64,000 bases of DNA from Chiloscyllium plagiosum. Taxonomy: Eukaryota. The position numbers were made by a program, and so were the translations under genes. The notes beneath the pieces are model-generated. The model saw only the letters and a list, made by a program, of their open reading frames with translations. It had not been told where the DNA came from and made no database searches. Shown one piece after another: positions 46,200 to 60,220 of the stretch. Positions within the stretch are counted from its first letter, which is position 1. Each line of letters begins with the position of its first letter. Where the stretch lies: the NCBI RefSeq assembly GCF_004010195.1, contig NC_057719.1:18559159-18623158 (forward strand). Reading direction: 5' to 3'.

Positions 46200-47990
46200 A
46201 CTGACAGAGGTGAAGCTACATGAGAAAATAGCTTGGACTTGCCATTTCAGTCACCCGGTATGCAAGATTCCGCAAAACAGAAAGTAAATGTAATACTAAT
46301 TCCATATTCCTCTCCAGTTCCTTGCAAATATGCATTCCTTAACTCGGGATTGAGATTCACTCTTCCCCAACACTGCACACACTTCATTTTTAATGCAAAA
46401 TGTTCTGAGCCCAACATTGACTGGCCAATGAGGATTCTGCCTCTTTGAACCATTGCAATTTGACAACTCTTAGTCATAATACTCTGACACGTGTAATGTG
46501 AATTAAAAGATTCCTTAGGCAGATTGAGCATTAATAATTTTGGGGGGATATCATTTTTTTTACAGCTTCATGAATCACAGGATGTCAGAGAAGCGATGAA
46601 CACGTAATATATGACAGGTACAATGCATTTGTTACATGCTCTATATGCTTTGTTAAATAGATTTAATCTATGCGCTTTTTGAGTTTTGATTAAAACATTG
46701 CAGCCACCACATTTATGTGGGTTGCACATTTGGAGCCCATTTTAAGTCGTTTTGACAGCTGCTCCCATCAAGAAAATGTTTTCAGGCAAGAGTGAATTGA
46801 AAATATTAAAAAGAGAAAGTGAACTGAGGCATATGCCTCATCATTTACTAAATCCAGTCAAATTCACTGATAACCCTGATGAGTAAAATTTTGCTCAATT
46901 CATTTATAGAAGCCAATACAAAATGCATATCGATCTTTGGCTGACAATCACTGTGATACATGATGCTATCTGTATTAATTAAACTTACAACCAAAAATAA
47001 ATATACTTTGCCTGTGGGCCATAGGATTCTATAAAACAAATGGTGGCTGTGGAATCAGGCAGATCACATATAAATATAATAAGGAGGAAAATATCTTCCC
47101 AATGCCCAGCAGTGGTCATTGAAATATATGTTGTGTTTTTTTTTTAAATATTGGGAAATCCATTAGCAATTGAAGAGTTAAACTGTGCCTCAGATCAGAG
47201 TACAGTATTCCGATCCACATTCCAAATATTTCAAAGTCTGACTTTCAGTGTGAGATCCTTCTGACTTCAAATGAGGGGAGACAAAGGCAATATGTCACAT
47301 TAGGTCATGTCAGGTCTAATGTGCAATTTTATTATGTGATTTAATAAATTGCCGATAACCATTTCATTTTAATGTATGTTGCTTTGAACAGCAGTTGTAA
47401 TAATCCCATCAGCATAACTGGCCTGCCATCCTGGAGATAGCTTCTAAAGCAGAGCGCCGATCATTTTCTCATCATAGTTGCTCGTTCCAGTTGTTAGTAA
47501 TGATTATTTTGTCTGTGATCTTATCTCACAATGGTTCTTTAATTTGTTAGCCTTGTACAACAGCTTTCCTCTTGTATTTACTGTAGGTAGCTTAATTAAA
47601 TGTTATTGCTAAGCCTATGACTTGATAAAAGGCTTCCAGAAGCAGACAAATAAGAAGCTGAATAAACTAGTGTATGGACTTGACTCGGATTTTCAAAAGC
47701 AATTTGAGACGGTTTTATTTGCAAACTTTTTTATTGAGCAATACTAAGTTGCGGAATTAATGACAAATTTGACAGTTGGATTCAACACAGATAATAAGCG
47801 GAAAATAATGCTTATGGAGGGAGTATTACAGAGTTTTAGCCTGGTAAATAACAGATATTGTGAACAGCAGTGGGCAAAATTCAAATCCCAGAAACACGTA
47901 CAGATGTACTGTATGAGGATTATTTGTGGATGTGACAGGATCAATTGTGAGTGGCTGGACAACTTTGTCGGTGAGTTTAGAATTCTATGG
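46200..47990. promoter_or_regulatory. Candidate conserved non-coding element cluster
   Basis: ~1.8 kb with no recognisable repeat; TGACAG, TGATTTAAT, TTTTATTA, TAATTA motifs. Confidence 0.4.
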
Positions 47991-49059
47991 ATTTCAGAGT
48001 ATATCTAGAATTGCTGCTACTTTTTACATTTATTCAATGCTCTGCCAAAATCAACACCAGTATTATTTTATAATATGAACAAATGTCCTTTGGATCTCCA
48101 GTGATTTTAAAATATTCACACATGATATATTCCAAGATTTGCTGATACAGATACATATGCAATAAAGTGACAGATTAGGAGAGATAATAATATTTCAATA
48201 CAGATAGACCAATTACGCTGCAGAGCTGATTCTGAAGGCTGATTAAAATATTGGATATTAGAATAGAAAACAACGAATGTTTGTTCAACACTGAAATAAG
48301 TTACTGGGGTGAATGCAGGAAATCTAAAGCAACAGAAAATGTTGGAAATCCACTGCAGTTTTGCGCAGAGAAGAACAAAGTTCATTGGGCTAAAGTGTGG
48401 CATCCTAAATTCACACTAAAGCCAACAGCGGCTCCTGGAAGGGGTTTACGCAGAGATGCCATCCAAATTAGCAACCTCCTGAGCTCGTGGTCCAAATAAG
48501 GACGACAGGAAGGTTCCTGGTGTGGTTGACCTCTTCACCAACTCTGGAGGTCAAGCAGCCCCATCAGGAAAAGTGGGTCAGGAATCAAAAGGCCACTTCA
48601 GTGTGGAGGTGCCCTCTAAACAAATGTTCAGAAGGGAAACGCCTTGAAGCTATGATGAGGAGCCCTGAACTTGAAAGGCCCCTTTTTTAAATACCATGGA
48701 ACTCTGGCATCTACAGTGCTTGAGATTGCTGAAAGGGCACCCTCTCCATGTAGCTAATGGCCTCTCCCTTAGCTGAGCTAGCCACTGATAATATGACAGC
48801 ACACCATCTGAATTGCCTTTAATTTGGGTCTTTAACATGGTAATTGCCTGTCTGCTTCTATTTAACCAGCATCCAATGCATATTCCTGTCTGCCGCTTGA
48901 AAACCGAGCCAGCTGTGGAATGAATTGGGAATTCATTCTGAACTGAATCCTTTCCTGGAGCCCTTGCCATCCCCTACAGCCCGGAACATTCTGCCCACAT
49001 GTTTCATATTTTGCCCTTCATTAAAACTGTCATCAGAATGTGCCCAGGAAATTGTGTCA

Positions 49060-49405
49060 ACTACCATGCCAGAGATTGAGTATGTAACCCAGGCTCTCAT
49101 TCCACTGCAATACTCAGGACAGAGATGTGCTAAGGCTCAGCTGAGAGGTGGCATCTTTAGGATGAGACTGTAGGCTAAGCAGCTTTGACCTCCACTTAGA
49201 TCCCCATTGCAGTGATAAAGAGCAGGACAATTCTCTGGGATTCTGCTCATTATCAACAGATTATGTAGTTATTCATCTCATTGTTGAGTGAGGGAGCTTG
49301 CTGTGTGCAAATTGGCTGCCATATTTCTTCATGTAATATAAAAGTACTTAAGCAACTTTGAAGTGATCCAAGTTTGCGAACGTTACTTTAGAAATGCATG
49401 TCTTT
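49060..49405 (+). mobile_element. DeuSINE, old
   Basis: GAGGTGGCATCTTTAGGATGAGAC; GGGAGCTTGCTGTGTGCAAATTGGCTGCC. Confidence 0.7.
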
Positions 49406-49959
49406 CCTTTTTGGTTTGTCGACAACACTCTGAGTTCTCTGCATTCCTCTAATTCAGGCCTCTTGTGCTTCACCAATTTGAATAACTCCACCACAAGCAG
49501 TGACCTCAGCTGTCATGATTAAAATCTCCGGAATTCCCTCCAACGCCTCTCCATCTCACTTCTTACATTTAATACACTCCCTAAAACCTTCAATACTCTT
49601 CCTAAACCCTACTTCTTTGAACAAGCTATTGGCTAACTTTCCTAATATCTCCATTGCTGGTGTACTGTCTGAATCATCATGGACAATCCCACTAGGTCAA
49701 AGGCGCTACATAAATGCAAGCTGCTATTGTTGTTGTTGCTGCTGCTGCTGCTTCACTGTTGTGCTAATAACGTCATCCCATCAGATGCTGCTTCAAAAAA
49801 GAAATATGTTGTAAGACATGATACTTTGATCATGGGTGAAATATTTTGAAGATAGAGTCTAATGCTTTGGTGATACCATTATTATACATATTTAGTTCTC
49901 TGTCACTTAACTGACCATTCTTTGCTGTTCTAATTGACTGAAACTTCAAAAATGAAAGA

Positions 49960-50350
49960 ACTAGAATTTACATAATGCCTTTCACAATGTCAGGATGTCT
50001 TAAGAAGTACTTTGTACAGTCAATTAATTACATTTTAGCACAGTTATTATTGTGACATAGGTAATCTGTGCACAGCAAGATTGGAAAATAAAACAAACTA
50101 AGTTAAATGCTGTTGGGTATTCTGAAATCTTCCCACTTTTCTTGAAAACAGAAAGTGCTTTGGGATCATTTGCTTGCATCCAATTAGTCTATGAGCATCA
50201 GTTTAACATCCAACTCAGAAGGCATCACCTCCAATTGTGCACCTACTCCCTCAGCATTCTATTGAAGTAGCAGTATTCATGATATGCTTAAATCCTGGCA
50301 TGGGAATACATCACCATCTGAATTAAACAGGTGTTGCTATTGAGCCACCT
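49960..50350 (-). mobile_element. DeuSINE, old
   Basis: TGGGATC...GTTTAACATC..GAAGGCATCACCTCCAA..TACTCCCTCAG. Confidence 0.6.
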
Positions 50351-50937
50351 ACTTCAAGATGTCTTACTACATGAGATGTGATATGAGATAAATTGCAATT
50401 AATAAAATATCCTGAAATGGTTTCAACTTCACAGACAGTTGCACTTCTTTACTAAATAAGATACTGTTTGTAATTTTCCATCTAATTGGATTATAAATTG
50501 AGAGGTATCATGTAGCGTCACTTATTTCTTTCATTATTTCAATTATATATTTCGCACATCAGAATCTACAAATAGCTTATCCTACTGTTCACTGAGGTAT
50601 TTGTATAATTTGAAACTTGAAAAGGTAATCAAAAAAGTAACTACTATCGCTGCAAATGATTCTCACTTTCAAAAATGAATTCCTATTAGACCTGGTTGCC
50701 CACCTCCAAGAGAGAACTGCACTCAACAGGAAGGAGAAGCAGGACTTGGCAATGTTGTGTTTTCCTGTTCTAAATAACTCACTCACTGCATGATCACGGC
50801 AACAACTCTTAGATGTCCATTCAAAATCTTGCATCCAATTCACATGAATATTCGTGGCTCGAAATGGCGAAAGCCACAGTCAGAAAGATTGTCTGCTCTT
50901 AAGCATTGTTTAGCATGACTTCGAAATGTACAATTGG

Positions 50938-50971
50938 TAGTGGCATCTAGTGGCGAGATATCAACATTGCA
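50938..50971 (-). promoter_or_regulatory. Candidate CTCF site with upstream motif
   Basis: Minus strand TGCAATGTTG-ATATC-TCGCCACTAGATGCCACTA. Confidence 0.45.
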
Positions 50972-51124
50972 TCTTTATGAAAGCCTTTTCTATCACACCC
51001 AAAATCGATGAAATTAGGCCTGAGTCTTTTATAAGATGCCTGATTGTATATCCAGTCTAGAAACAAATTTGTTTGACAACTTCTGCACATCCAACAAATG
51101 TTCTTTTAAAAAAACACCTCTGAC

Positions 51125-51760
51125 TTCAATTGTGATCGGCAAATGTTCCTCGATTTGAGGATGGTGTCTTCTCAGGGTAAAGACTTTCTGTTGTGGGTTT
51201 TCATGTGACTGAATAGGCTGATTCTTGAATCACAGGTCTTTGGGCACATGAGACAGGATTTTCTGGAGATGATGGGATCCAGATCCAGACCAGCTTTCCC
51301 TTCTTTCCCTCTCTTCTAGCTTTGCCTCAAGGCCATGATGTGGCTTGTTGGACAAATCGTCACTATTTTGAATGATTGGTCGCAAGCTCCAAGTCATTAA
51401 TGTCAAGGCTGTTTCACTTGAAGGGTTATCTTTGAAGTGTTTTGTTTCTCCTCCCTTGGAATGCTGGCCATTTCAGAGCTGGGAAAATACAACCTGACAA
51501 AGGAAATGGTTTTCAACCAGACAGACATTCTGGCGAATATGTTGGAGTTTAGTTTGCAGATGTTTTGTCCGAATTGCCTAACTTCTGCTCTTTTTCTATC
51601 ATCTTATGAACATATGGTTGCTAAGGTATGGGAAGTGGTCAACGTATTCCCAAGTGTCTCAATATATATGGGAGGCTGAATGTTTGGCAGATCAGATACA
51701 AGAGTTGTGAATATGTGTTTTGCTCTTGCAACATTCAAGACACAATTACTTTTCTGTAGT
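51125..51760 (-). mobile_element. RTE-like LINE 3' fragment, old
   Basis: CCTCGATTTGAGGATG resembles the reverse of the tail at ~58080; weak RT-like sequence. Confidence 0.4.
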
Positions 51761-51977
51761 CTGAAGAGATAAGAGAGATTTGCAAATCTGGTGCAAAGTG
51801 GGTAGCAATACTATAGTTATTTCTGAGCTGTAGACCACATATATCAAAAATGCCAAGTTTAGTTTTGAGGCAGAGGTGATTGAGATTACCATCCAAAATG
51901 ACAAGCTTTTAATACTAAGGCAGAGGGCAAGTGATCTTTGCCTTTATTATATACCAAAAGTTACCACCCAAAAGTTC

Positions 51978-52270
51978 ATAGTGATGGGTTGTGCTAATGT
52001 TGCTGGACTAGTCAATCTTCTAGGGGAGTAAGTTCGAAATCTACCATGGTGGAGGGTGAAGTTTAAATCTGATTTTTAAAAAATCTGAACTAAAATAAAT
52101 GCTAATCCAATAGTGATCTTGTAACTACTGTTGATTGTTGTAAAAGCCTATCTGGTTAGCTCAATGTCCTTTAGAGAAGGAACTCTGTTATTCTTACTCA
52201 GTCTGGTTTGGCCTGTTCTATATATGACTCCAGAAGCCACAACAATCCGATTAACTCTTAGCTGCCTGAT
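51978..52270 (+). mobile_element. SINE family B
   Basis: CTGGACTAGT...GTTCGAAATCTACCATGG...ATGTCCTTTAGAGAAGGAA. Confidence 0.75.
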
Positions 52271-53699
52271 GCAGGGATTAAGTAATCTGGACGTCACTTA
52301 GGTCTTTGGTAGTGAGGATTTCATTATGGTCAAAATGGAACTTTTCTTTCACATCTTTATTGGAGTCAAGTATCAATGCATAAGCACTGATGTTGGAAAT
52401 GTTTGGTTTCAATTGAACAATGATTGAAATATCATGAGCCTTTTATATAGACAAGTAAGAAATTTAGCAGTGCATCCAAGAAATCTATTCTGGATGACAA
52501 ATGTCTATAAAGATAGAGACAAAATCAAGACCTACTCTCCACTAAGCTGGATTCCAAGATACAATGTTCATCATTGCTAGCATCATTACATAAGCAGACA
52601 TTAAGAAGTCTTCATTTTTCAATCCTCTAAACCCACTTGGCAGCACACAATATACAGAGGTAACACCCAACGTCACCATTGATGCACTGTAACTATGGTA
52701 TGTACTATCTCCATGATACAATGCAGCAAGTCATCAAACTTCTTTGGCAGCACACTCCAAATGATACCCATATCCCAAGCATAAAAGAAGGCAACTGAAA
52801 GTTGAAATAAGCTGGAACAGTTTCTCTATGTGTAGCCAAAGTTCCAAATTAGTCATTGGATTTGGCACTCTAACTTTCAGTTACTTAGTAAAGTTGACTT
52901 TGACTCTTAAAATACGAAGTTCTGTTAAATGTACTTTCACTTCATATCATTGAAGCTACATCCCTGTATTGTTTACTTTGCACAGCAGATTGTGGTGATC
53001 TGGAGTGCACTGTCGAAAAGGTGGAAGAAGGTACAATTGTAACATTAAAAATACCAAAGTGAAAAGATTGTTATTGGGCTATTAATAAAAGCAAGGGAAT
53101 GAGATTTCATACAAAGCTCTACCAAAAAGCATAATACAAAAAATGGCTAAGTCAATGTTGCATCATTCTGTGGTTGCATTCTATGATCCTAAGTAGACTT
53201 TATTATCTTTCTGCCACTGAAAACAACTTAATTAGTTAAAAGTTACTGTGGCAATAATCAAGTATAATACGCAACATTTTAGGGGGTGGTCACTCATTAA
53301 AATTAAGTATGTTAACAACTGCCTTAAATTAGTAGAACCTGTCATCTGTACAGGATAGGCATTTATCTGTCATTATCACCGCAATAATTTCTAAATCGGT
53401 ATTTTGTTCAACAGCAAATATGCTCTATGTATGTAGAATCCAGTGTTATTATATATTTTTCAAGCAGTAGATGTCTTGTAGTTAGATTTTCAGAAAGTTC
53501 CACATAATAGGTCAGAGAGCAAGCTATTCATGATGATATAGCAGCGATTTGAATGAGGGAATTAAATGTAATATTTTTGAGTTTGCTGACAACACAGAAT
53601 AGAAGAAATTGAGAGTGGAGAGGAGGAAGTGGCTTCAAGGTGATTTGCTCAATTCGAGTGAGCAGACAAATCCATGGTGGGATTAGTATGATGAGGATA

Positions 53700-54605
53700 A
53701 ATGTGTAACTATCCACTTCTGTAGGAAAAGCATTTTCTTTATTGTGGCCATCTCTTTGAAGAATCAGAAAAGGGTCTCTTGAATGACATGGCCAGGTGGC
53801 ATGCGGTGCACAGTGTACTTGCTCCCTACTCATACACTGGAACAAATTTGGTGCTGACAACACTTGGGTAGGGTAAATGGCAATAAGATTGGGCAATGAT
53901 GTTGTACAAAAAGGGCACATGTACATAGTAACTGAAAGCAGGAATACATGTCCTGCAAGCAGTTAATAAAGCAAATGATATGTTCACTTTCTTGACAAGA
54001 GGATGTGAGTCCAGAAGTCAAGTCATCTTGCTGCAGCCATGGTGAGGTCATATTTGGAATACTATGCCCAGTTTTGATCACTTTACCCAAGAGAGAATGT
54101 ATTTGCCATGGAGGGAGTGTACCAACGGTTCACCAGAGTGATTGCTAGGTTATCAGGTTTGTCACAAGAGGTAAGGTTGGCTGCACGAGGTCTGTATTCA
54201 CTGGAGATTAGAAGCTCAAGAGGGGATCTGACGGAAATGTACAGAATTCTGACAAGGCTGGACAGACTGGATGCAGCAGTGATGTTTCCCTAGGTTAATG
54301 GGTCTAGAACAAGGGTTCATAGTATTAGGATATAGAGTATACTATTTATGATGGAGGTGAGGAAGGGAAGTATCTTCAGAGAGTGGCGACGCTGTGGAAT
54401 TCTCTACTACAAGTAGAGGTGGAGGCCAAGTCATTGAAGCTATTTAAAAGAGAAATAGATAGATTGATATCTAGGCACAAGAAACATGGTATAGGGAGAG
54501 AGTGAGAGTATGGTATTGATATAAAGGAACCACTCATGATCATACTGAATGACAAAACAGCTCAATGGACTGAATGGCCTACTCTTCATCCTGTTCTTAA
54601 TGTTT
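53700..54605 (+). mobile_element. CR1 LINE 3' ~0.9 kb
   Basis: MEGVYQRFTRVIARLSGLSQEVRLAARGLYSLEIRSSRGDLTEMYRIL; CR1 3' UTR. Confidence 0.85.
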
Positions 54606-54732
54606 TGATGTGATGATGATGACAACATTCAACATCTGGGGTTTTTGGTTGGTATGCAGCTGATTAATAAGGTAGAAAGGTTCTGCTGTAAATGGTATAG
54701 TACCCCACAGATGACTGAGTTTTGGATGAGCT

Positions 54733-55055
54733 ATTAGATTAAATTTTTTAGATTCCCTACAGTGTGGAAACAGGCCCTTCAGCCCAACCAGTCTACACCG
54801 ACCCTCCGAACCATAACCCACCCAGACCCATTTCCCTCTGACTAATGCATCTAATACTATGGGCAATTGATCATGGCTAATTCACCTGACCTGCACATCT
54901 TTGGACTGTGGGAGGAAACAGGAGCACCCACTGGAAACCAAGTCAGACACGGCGAGAATGTGCAAACTCCACACAGACAGTCACTCAAGGCTGGAATCGA
55001 ACCTGGAGCTCTGGTGCTGTGAGGCAACAGTGCTAACCACTGAGCCACCATGCCC
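54733..55055 (-). mobile_element. HE1 SINE
   Basis: Reverse full body. Confidence 0.95.
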
Positions 55056-55624
55056 CCAATATCTAGCGATAATAACACTAAACCATTGCCACCTATCTTT
55101 TGGTCTGTAACATGCACTTATTTACAAAAGCGGCCATGCCTTTTATTTAGCCTTTCTATGTGCAGAAATTTGATGAAAGTTTCTGTGGGGACCTGAGGTC
55201 AATATCAAAATTTCTAAGCAAAATCTTCAGCGTGTCCAAATAGTGCTTCCTTTTACCACCATAATGGCATGCCTCAGGCTCGACCTCTCTATAAGAGATT
55301 TACTTTGGCAAGCAAGTGTCAGGCATTCTGACCACATTACCAGCTCAATTCAGTGTAACTATGTCAGTATGATGGGAAGACTTATCAAGCCACTATCTCT
55401 GTGTCCAGTAATTTGCCCTACCTCTGATCTTCAGAAGCTTCCAAAAGCAGCAAACGTGAAAATGTTAGAGCTTCTTTGTGCGATGCTAGTACACCATCCA
55501 AGTCTCACATACTAGAGAGAAAATTGGGCAAAACTGTAGCACTGTAGATTTTCTATTTGAAAGACAGATTTACTCCCCAGCATCCCCAGAATGATATTAA
55601 AGGCTATTTTGGTAGGCATTTTTA

Positions 55625-55925
55625 AAAAGATTCATTCATTCATTGGATCTAATTTCACTGGCTTGGCCAGCAGCTATTCTCCATCTCTAACTGCCCTAGA
55701 GAAGGGAGATCGTGAGCCACCTTTGCATAATACTGCAGTCCTTTGGGTGTAGTGCCAAGACAAATGCTCCAGGATTTGCCCCAGTGACAGTGAAGAAATG
55801 GTGATTTAGTTCCAAGTTAAGATGGCATGTAGTAGAAAGGGGAAATTGCGGATGATGGTTCTATTCTCATGCATCTACTGCTCTTGCACTTTTAGTGGTA
55901 GAGGTCACAGGTGTGGAAAGTGAAC
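55625..55925 (-). mobile_element. L2/CR1-like LINE 3' end
   Basis: Same family as 15545-15880. Confidence 0.7.
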
Positions 55926-57589
55926 TCTCACCTCTGTCAAGAAAAACTCAATAGAGACTGTGCTACCAAATTAATCTACGGTGAGTTTCTGACCGGTTCC
56001 TAGTCACAACTGGACTTAAGCAGGGTTGTGTCAATTCCAAAGAATTCAATAATAATTGGAACAAGGCACCACCCAGTAATTCAAAGATTTGACATTAGAT
56101 GCTACGGGTTGAACTGATTGGGCATAAAGATATTTTTAATTTTGCCTGCAGATCAAACAGGATGTTGAAATTTATTGTCAACAATCAAACAAATTGAACA
56201 GCATCTTCTAACTGAGAAGAGTTTACTCCTACTTAGACTCACAGCTAGAGCATTCAAAACACTTAATCAAAAATGGAAAACAACAAGTTGTGTCAATTCA
56301 ATTTGATCTCTCATGACATTGCACACGGAGAAAAGTTACCACATTTGTTTTGTCCCTTTCCTTCTTATAATTGTCACTTTAGTTGTCTTTTATTTTATAA
56401 CTGTTGCTGTCTTCCTCTTTCTGACAGGGGTGAATTAGCCTGCTCAAGAGCTAACATATGCATTAAGTATTCAGTGAGAAGTATAAATTTAGTGCGCTAG
56501 CAGTATTGGAACATTAGTGCAAATTTGTGTGATCCAAAAATCCCTTCACTTTATACATATTGACGTACAGGCCTGGCATTAATGGTATTTTGGATCATTA
56601 AGGGTTTGTTAAGCACCAATTAAAGTCAGACCTTCAAAGTTATATATGCTTGCCTTTCAGCAAATATTGTGTTAATGACATGACTGCAAAGGTGGTCCAA
56701 AGACAAAAGACAGAATTATAAATTCCAATATGGATCAGACCAGTAGACATTGCAGAGGTATACAACTGCATGGCTGCAAGAGCAAATTTTATTTTTCTGA
56801 TCATGAAGGTGAATGAGCAGCTAGTTACCAGATTAATTTATGGTAAGTATGTTCTATGTTCATCTTGATTGACAATATTATCTATCGACACATATGACAG
56901 CATCCACACATGTCATGCGACATGTATTAATCAATTCTCATAGCTCTGCTTTCAAGTTGCCACACTCTACCATAATTACCTACTGTGGTGCACTTAAGCA
57001 TCTAGAAAGTTTTGTAGAGTAAAATGATACATTCCTTCAAGATTACAATTTTAATGCTCATTTAATTCACTGCTTCTGCACCAAGGGTAAATTAATTCCA
57101 TCTCATTTTTTTTTCTCTCTCTTCCTTTTGCTCTGTATGCCTCTTATTCTCTTGTCATCTTTTCTGATTAGCTAAATCTCTGATTTCTCTATTTTTTGTG
57201 TCTTCCCTTCTCTTGCTGGAGTTCTGACTGCCCTCTCTCTCTAGTACCTCATCCAAATGCCCAAAATTATTCTGAAAGGCAAGGGCAATTGGACAAGACA
57301 GCAGAGGCAGATATTTCCATTGGGGGAGTGCATCCATTAAAGCCTCTATGTCAACTGTTTATATGCATGTCTTTTGATAGGAGATGATAAATAAATCCTG
57401 GCTGATTTTTATTGACATTCCCTCATCAGAAAGTGCTTAAAGTGATCATGAAGACACAAACCTCTTCCCAGATCAAATATAGAGAAAGAAAACAGCTTTG
57501 AAAGTATCATAACTTAGTTTATGCATAAATGCATGCACCTGTACAATTCTATTATTATGGTAACGATAAACATTTCTCAAACCATTTGA

Positions 57590-58118
57590 GAAATATTGAC
57601 ATTGGTGCCTATGCAAAATCTGGCAAAGCCACTCATAAGATTGGCTCTCCAACATCCTCGGGATTGAGGTATGGGTGACAGATCTTCAGCTGTACTGGGC
57701 AATCCATATTGTCTGTGTGCCTCACACAAGGCTTCCAAAACGAGCCTTGTACTCAGAGCTTCAATCGGTTACTAGGAGGGTGAAGGAAATGATTCTTGGA
57801 CATCCTCAAACCTTCCCTGAAAAAATATTAATATCTCCATCAATTCATGGGCAGTTCTTACACAAGTCCAAACTGGAGAAGCCACATCTGTGAAGAGTTC
57901 AACCACCGAAAACCTGCAATGGGTCCAAGAGGAGATCAAATGCAAGCAACAGAAAGACTTGTGAAAACCCAAGTGTTCCACCAATCAATTCACCTGTCCC
58001 ACCTGTGGCTAAGTCTGAAGATCTAATAGTTAATTATTTATTCACTTCAGAACTCACTGAAAGGCAGAATGGAAGAAATTGTCATCGATCCTGAGAAACT
58101 GTCTGAGCAAGAAGAAAC
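57590..58118 (+). mobile_element. RTE-clade LINE C-terminal fragment
   Basis: QLYWAIHIVCVPHTRLPKRALYSEL; TCPTCG...HFRTH zinc-finger-like end. Confidence 0.75.
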
Positions 58119-58749
58119 ATGGACTATCCAACACTCAACTTCCATAATCTGTCTTTATGTCCCAAATGTTCATGCACTGAAGTGACTTTTTAGAGAGGAC
58201 AAACACTGACCTAAAATAGCTGCTGTAATCTCTTGCCCTTAGATTGAGGCAAGTCCAGGGAACCTGTATGAAATTAAACCAGAATTAAATTAAAATTGCT
58301 CTTTCATCCTGAGACACTGAAACAGATGATGAAGTTAGCATCAAGAAATTTGCATTTATATCCTGGAACGTGGCCTGCAGAGTATTCGACTTGGAAAGAC
58401 ATTGGAGCTAGACTCAATAATATACAAATAAATGATATTTTCATAGCTTGTTTGCCAGAGCAAAGAGAACAATATGGCTCTGTACCAGAACTGGGACATT
58501 TCTCCATCCCTCTCTCTCTCTCTCTCCCTATTTCTTTAATGTCCCCAAAGTCAACACCAAGTGAAAATGCAACTTGGAAGTGATAATTCACCAAGAACTC
58601 CAGAATTCTACAATTTTTACTATAGCTGAGGAAACAAGACAATGCCTGAACAGTCATGGGCTCAGCTTTCGTTCTTGCAAGTCAAGGACTCAAAAAATGT
58701 AAACCGCATTTACTTTTCTCTTCTCGTTTGTAATAGATACTTTCACCCT

Positions 58750-59270
58750 GACATTTTAAAACTTATCTCTTGTGTTTGTGTGTTTCATGTCACATTTTAT
58801 TATTTGCTGCAGGTAATTAGTCGGCAATAAAATTTCTCATCCTTTAAATCAAGATTGGTAATTGGTTCCTTTATGTTCCAGCTGATTTGTGTTTCAATTG
58901 AAATGATAGTTGCATACTAAAAAAAAATTGTTGCAACCAATAAAGAGTTAAAGACAATGGAGACAATTCCTCTTCCTCACCTGCTCATAAGAGCATGCAC
59001 ATGAAATATGTGACTTTAATTGTATATGAAATGATTGTTTTGTATTAGTTTGCTGAGAATTAAACTGGCACACCTGAAGCGGAATTTAACGATATGATCC
59101 TGATTTATTTTTATAACCTGACCTCTTTGCAAAGTACTTATTAACGTATCAAGTATTTTATCCGTGGCACTGATGAGGTACTTATTAATACTCAGTATTA
59201 GCATTCATGGCAATGAGGAGAATTTATGCATGCGGCAGCTACAAATGCTTAGGCATGTGATTAACAGACC
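58750..59270. promoter_or_regulatory. Candidate conserved non-coding element
   Basis: Repeat-free; TAATTAG, CAATAAAA, TGATTTAT, TGATTAA motifs. Confidence 0.35.
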
Positions 59271-59299
59271 ACTCTGTTGAGTGTGGTATATTGCTTTCA

Positions 59300-59515
59300 T
59301 CACTTGTTTATGTCCTGGACAAGATTTCTCCCTTTGTCAAAATCTATAACACAGATGATCCAGATTTATCACCTTGCTGTTTGTAGGAGCTTGCGGTGCC
59401 CAAACTGTAATGGTTGCATTGCCTGCAGTAGAACAATGGCTACACCACAAAAAAAAGAGTTAGTAAGGCAGTATAGGACATCGAGAGGTTTTGAAAGTTG
59501 CGACACAAGTGCAAA
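59300..59515 (+). mobile_element. DeuSINE 3' part
   Basis: TTGCTGTTTGTAGGAGCTTGCGGTGC. Confidence 0.55.
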
Positions 59516-59569
59516 AAATAATTAATTTAAAATCTTATGTTGAAGGCAATCCCTCGAAATTGAACTGGA

Positions 59570-60220
59570 GTGTCCAAAGATATGCAGATGATTTTGTCGT
59601 GGCTTTTTTCATCAGCGTTGGTATGGATCTTCCTGTGGCGGCTTCAGTCAGTCTGTGATTCCATGCAGCATTTTCTTCTTGGTGGGTCTGATCCAGGATT
59701 CCAATGAGGTGGGGAGGAGTTGGGTCCTTGAGCCCAGAACCCTGAAATGGACTAAGTGGACTTTCTTACATTCTCATTTCAAAATTACTTTTTTATCAAA
59801 TTTTCATGGAAAGACTTTTTATGAACTTTTTAATTTCTTTATTTTTCTAATTTATTACTCGGATTTTCTAGTTTTGAAGGTCTGTAATTCTATACTTTTT
59901 ATTATTCTATTTTTCTAATTGTTTTTTCCCAAGAATTTGTACTCTAGAATTTGTACCTCGGTACCTTTGTACTTAAAATGGTGCCGTAAGTGGTGACTTG
60001 TAAACTTTTCACCGTACTTATGAGAGTACATGTGACAATAACGCTAATTCATATTAGATGGTTTGGCCATGCTAAATTGTCCATAGTATCTAGGGTTGTG
60101 CTGGCTAGATAGATTAGTCATGGGAAATGCTGGGTTTGGGTGGCATGCTCTTCAGAGGGTCAGTGTGAACTCGATGGAACAAATGGCCTGCTTCCACATT
60201 GGAGGATTCTATGATTGTAT
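59570..60220 (+). mobile_element. HE1 3' part interrupted by a Rex1-tailed element (59598-60050)
   Basis: GTCCAAAGATATGCAG | ...TACATGTGACAATAA | ATTAGATGGTTTGGCCATGCTAAATTG; same insert family at 62200-62370. Confidence 0.65.

Noticed and set aside
49715..49752. Poly-Cys coding tract
   Set aside because: Simple (TGT)/(TGC) trinucleotide repeat at the end of an old repeat tail
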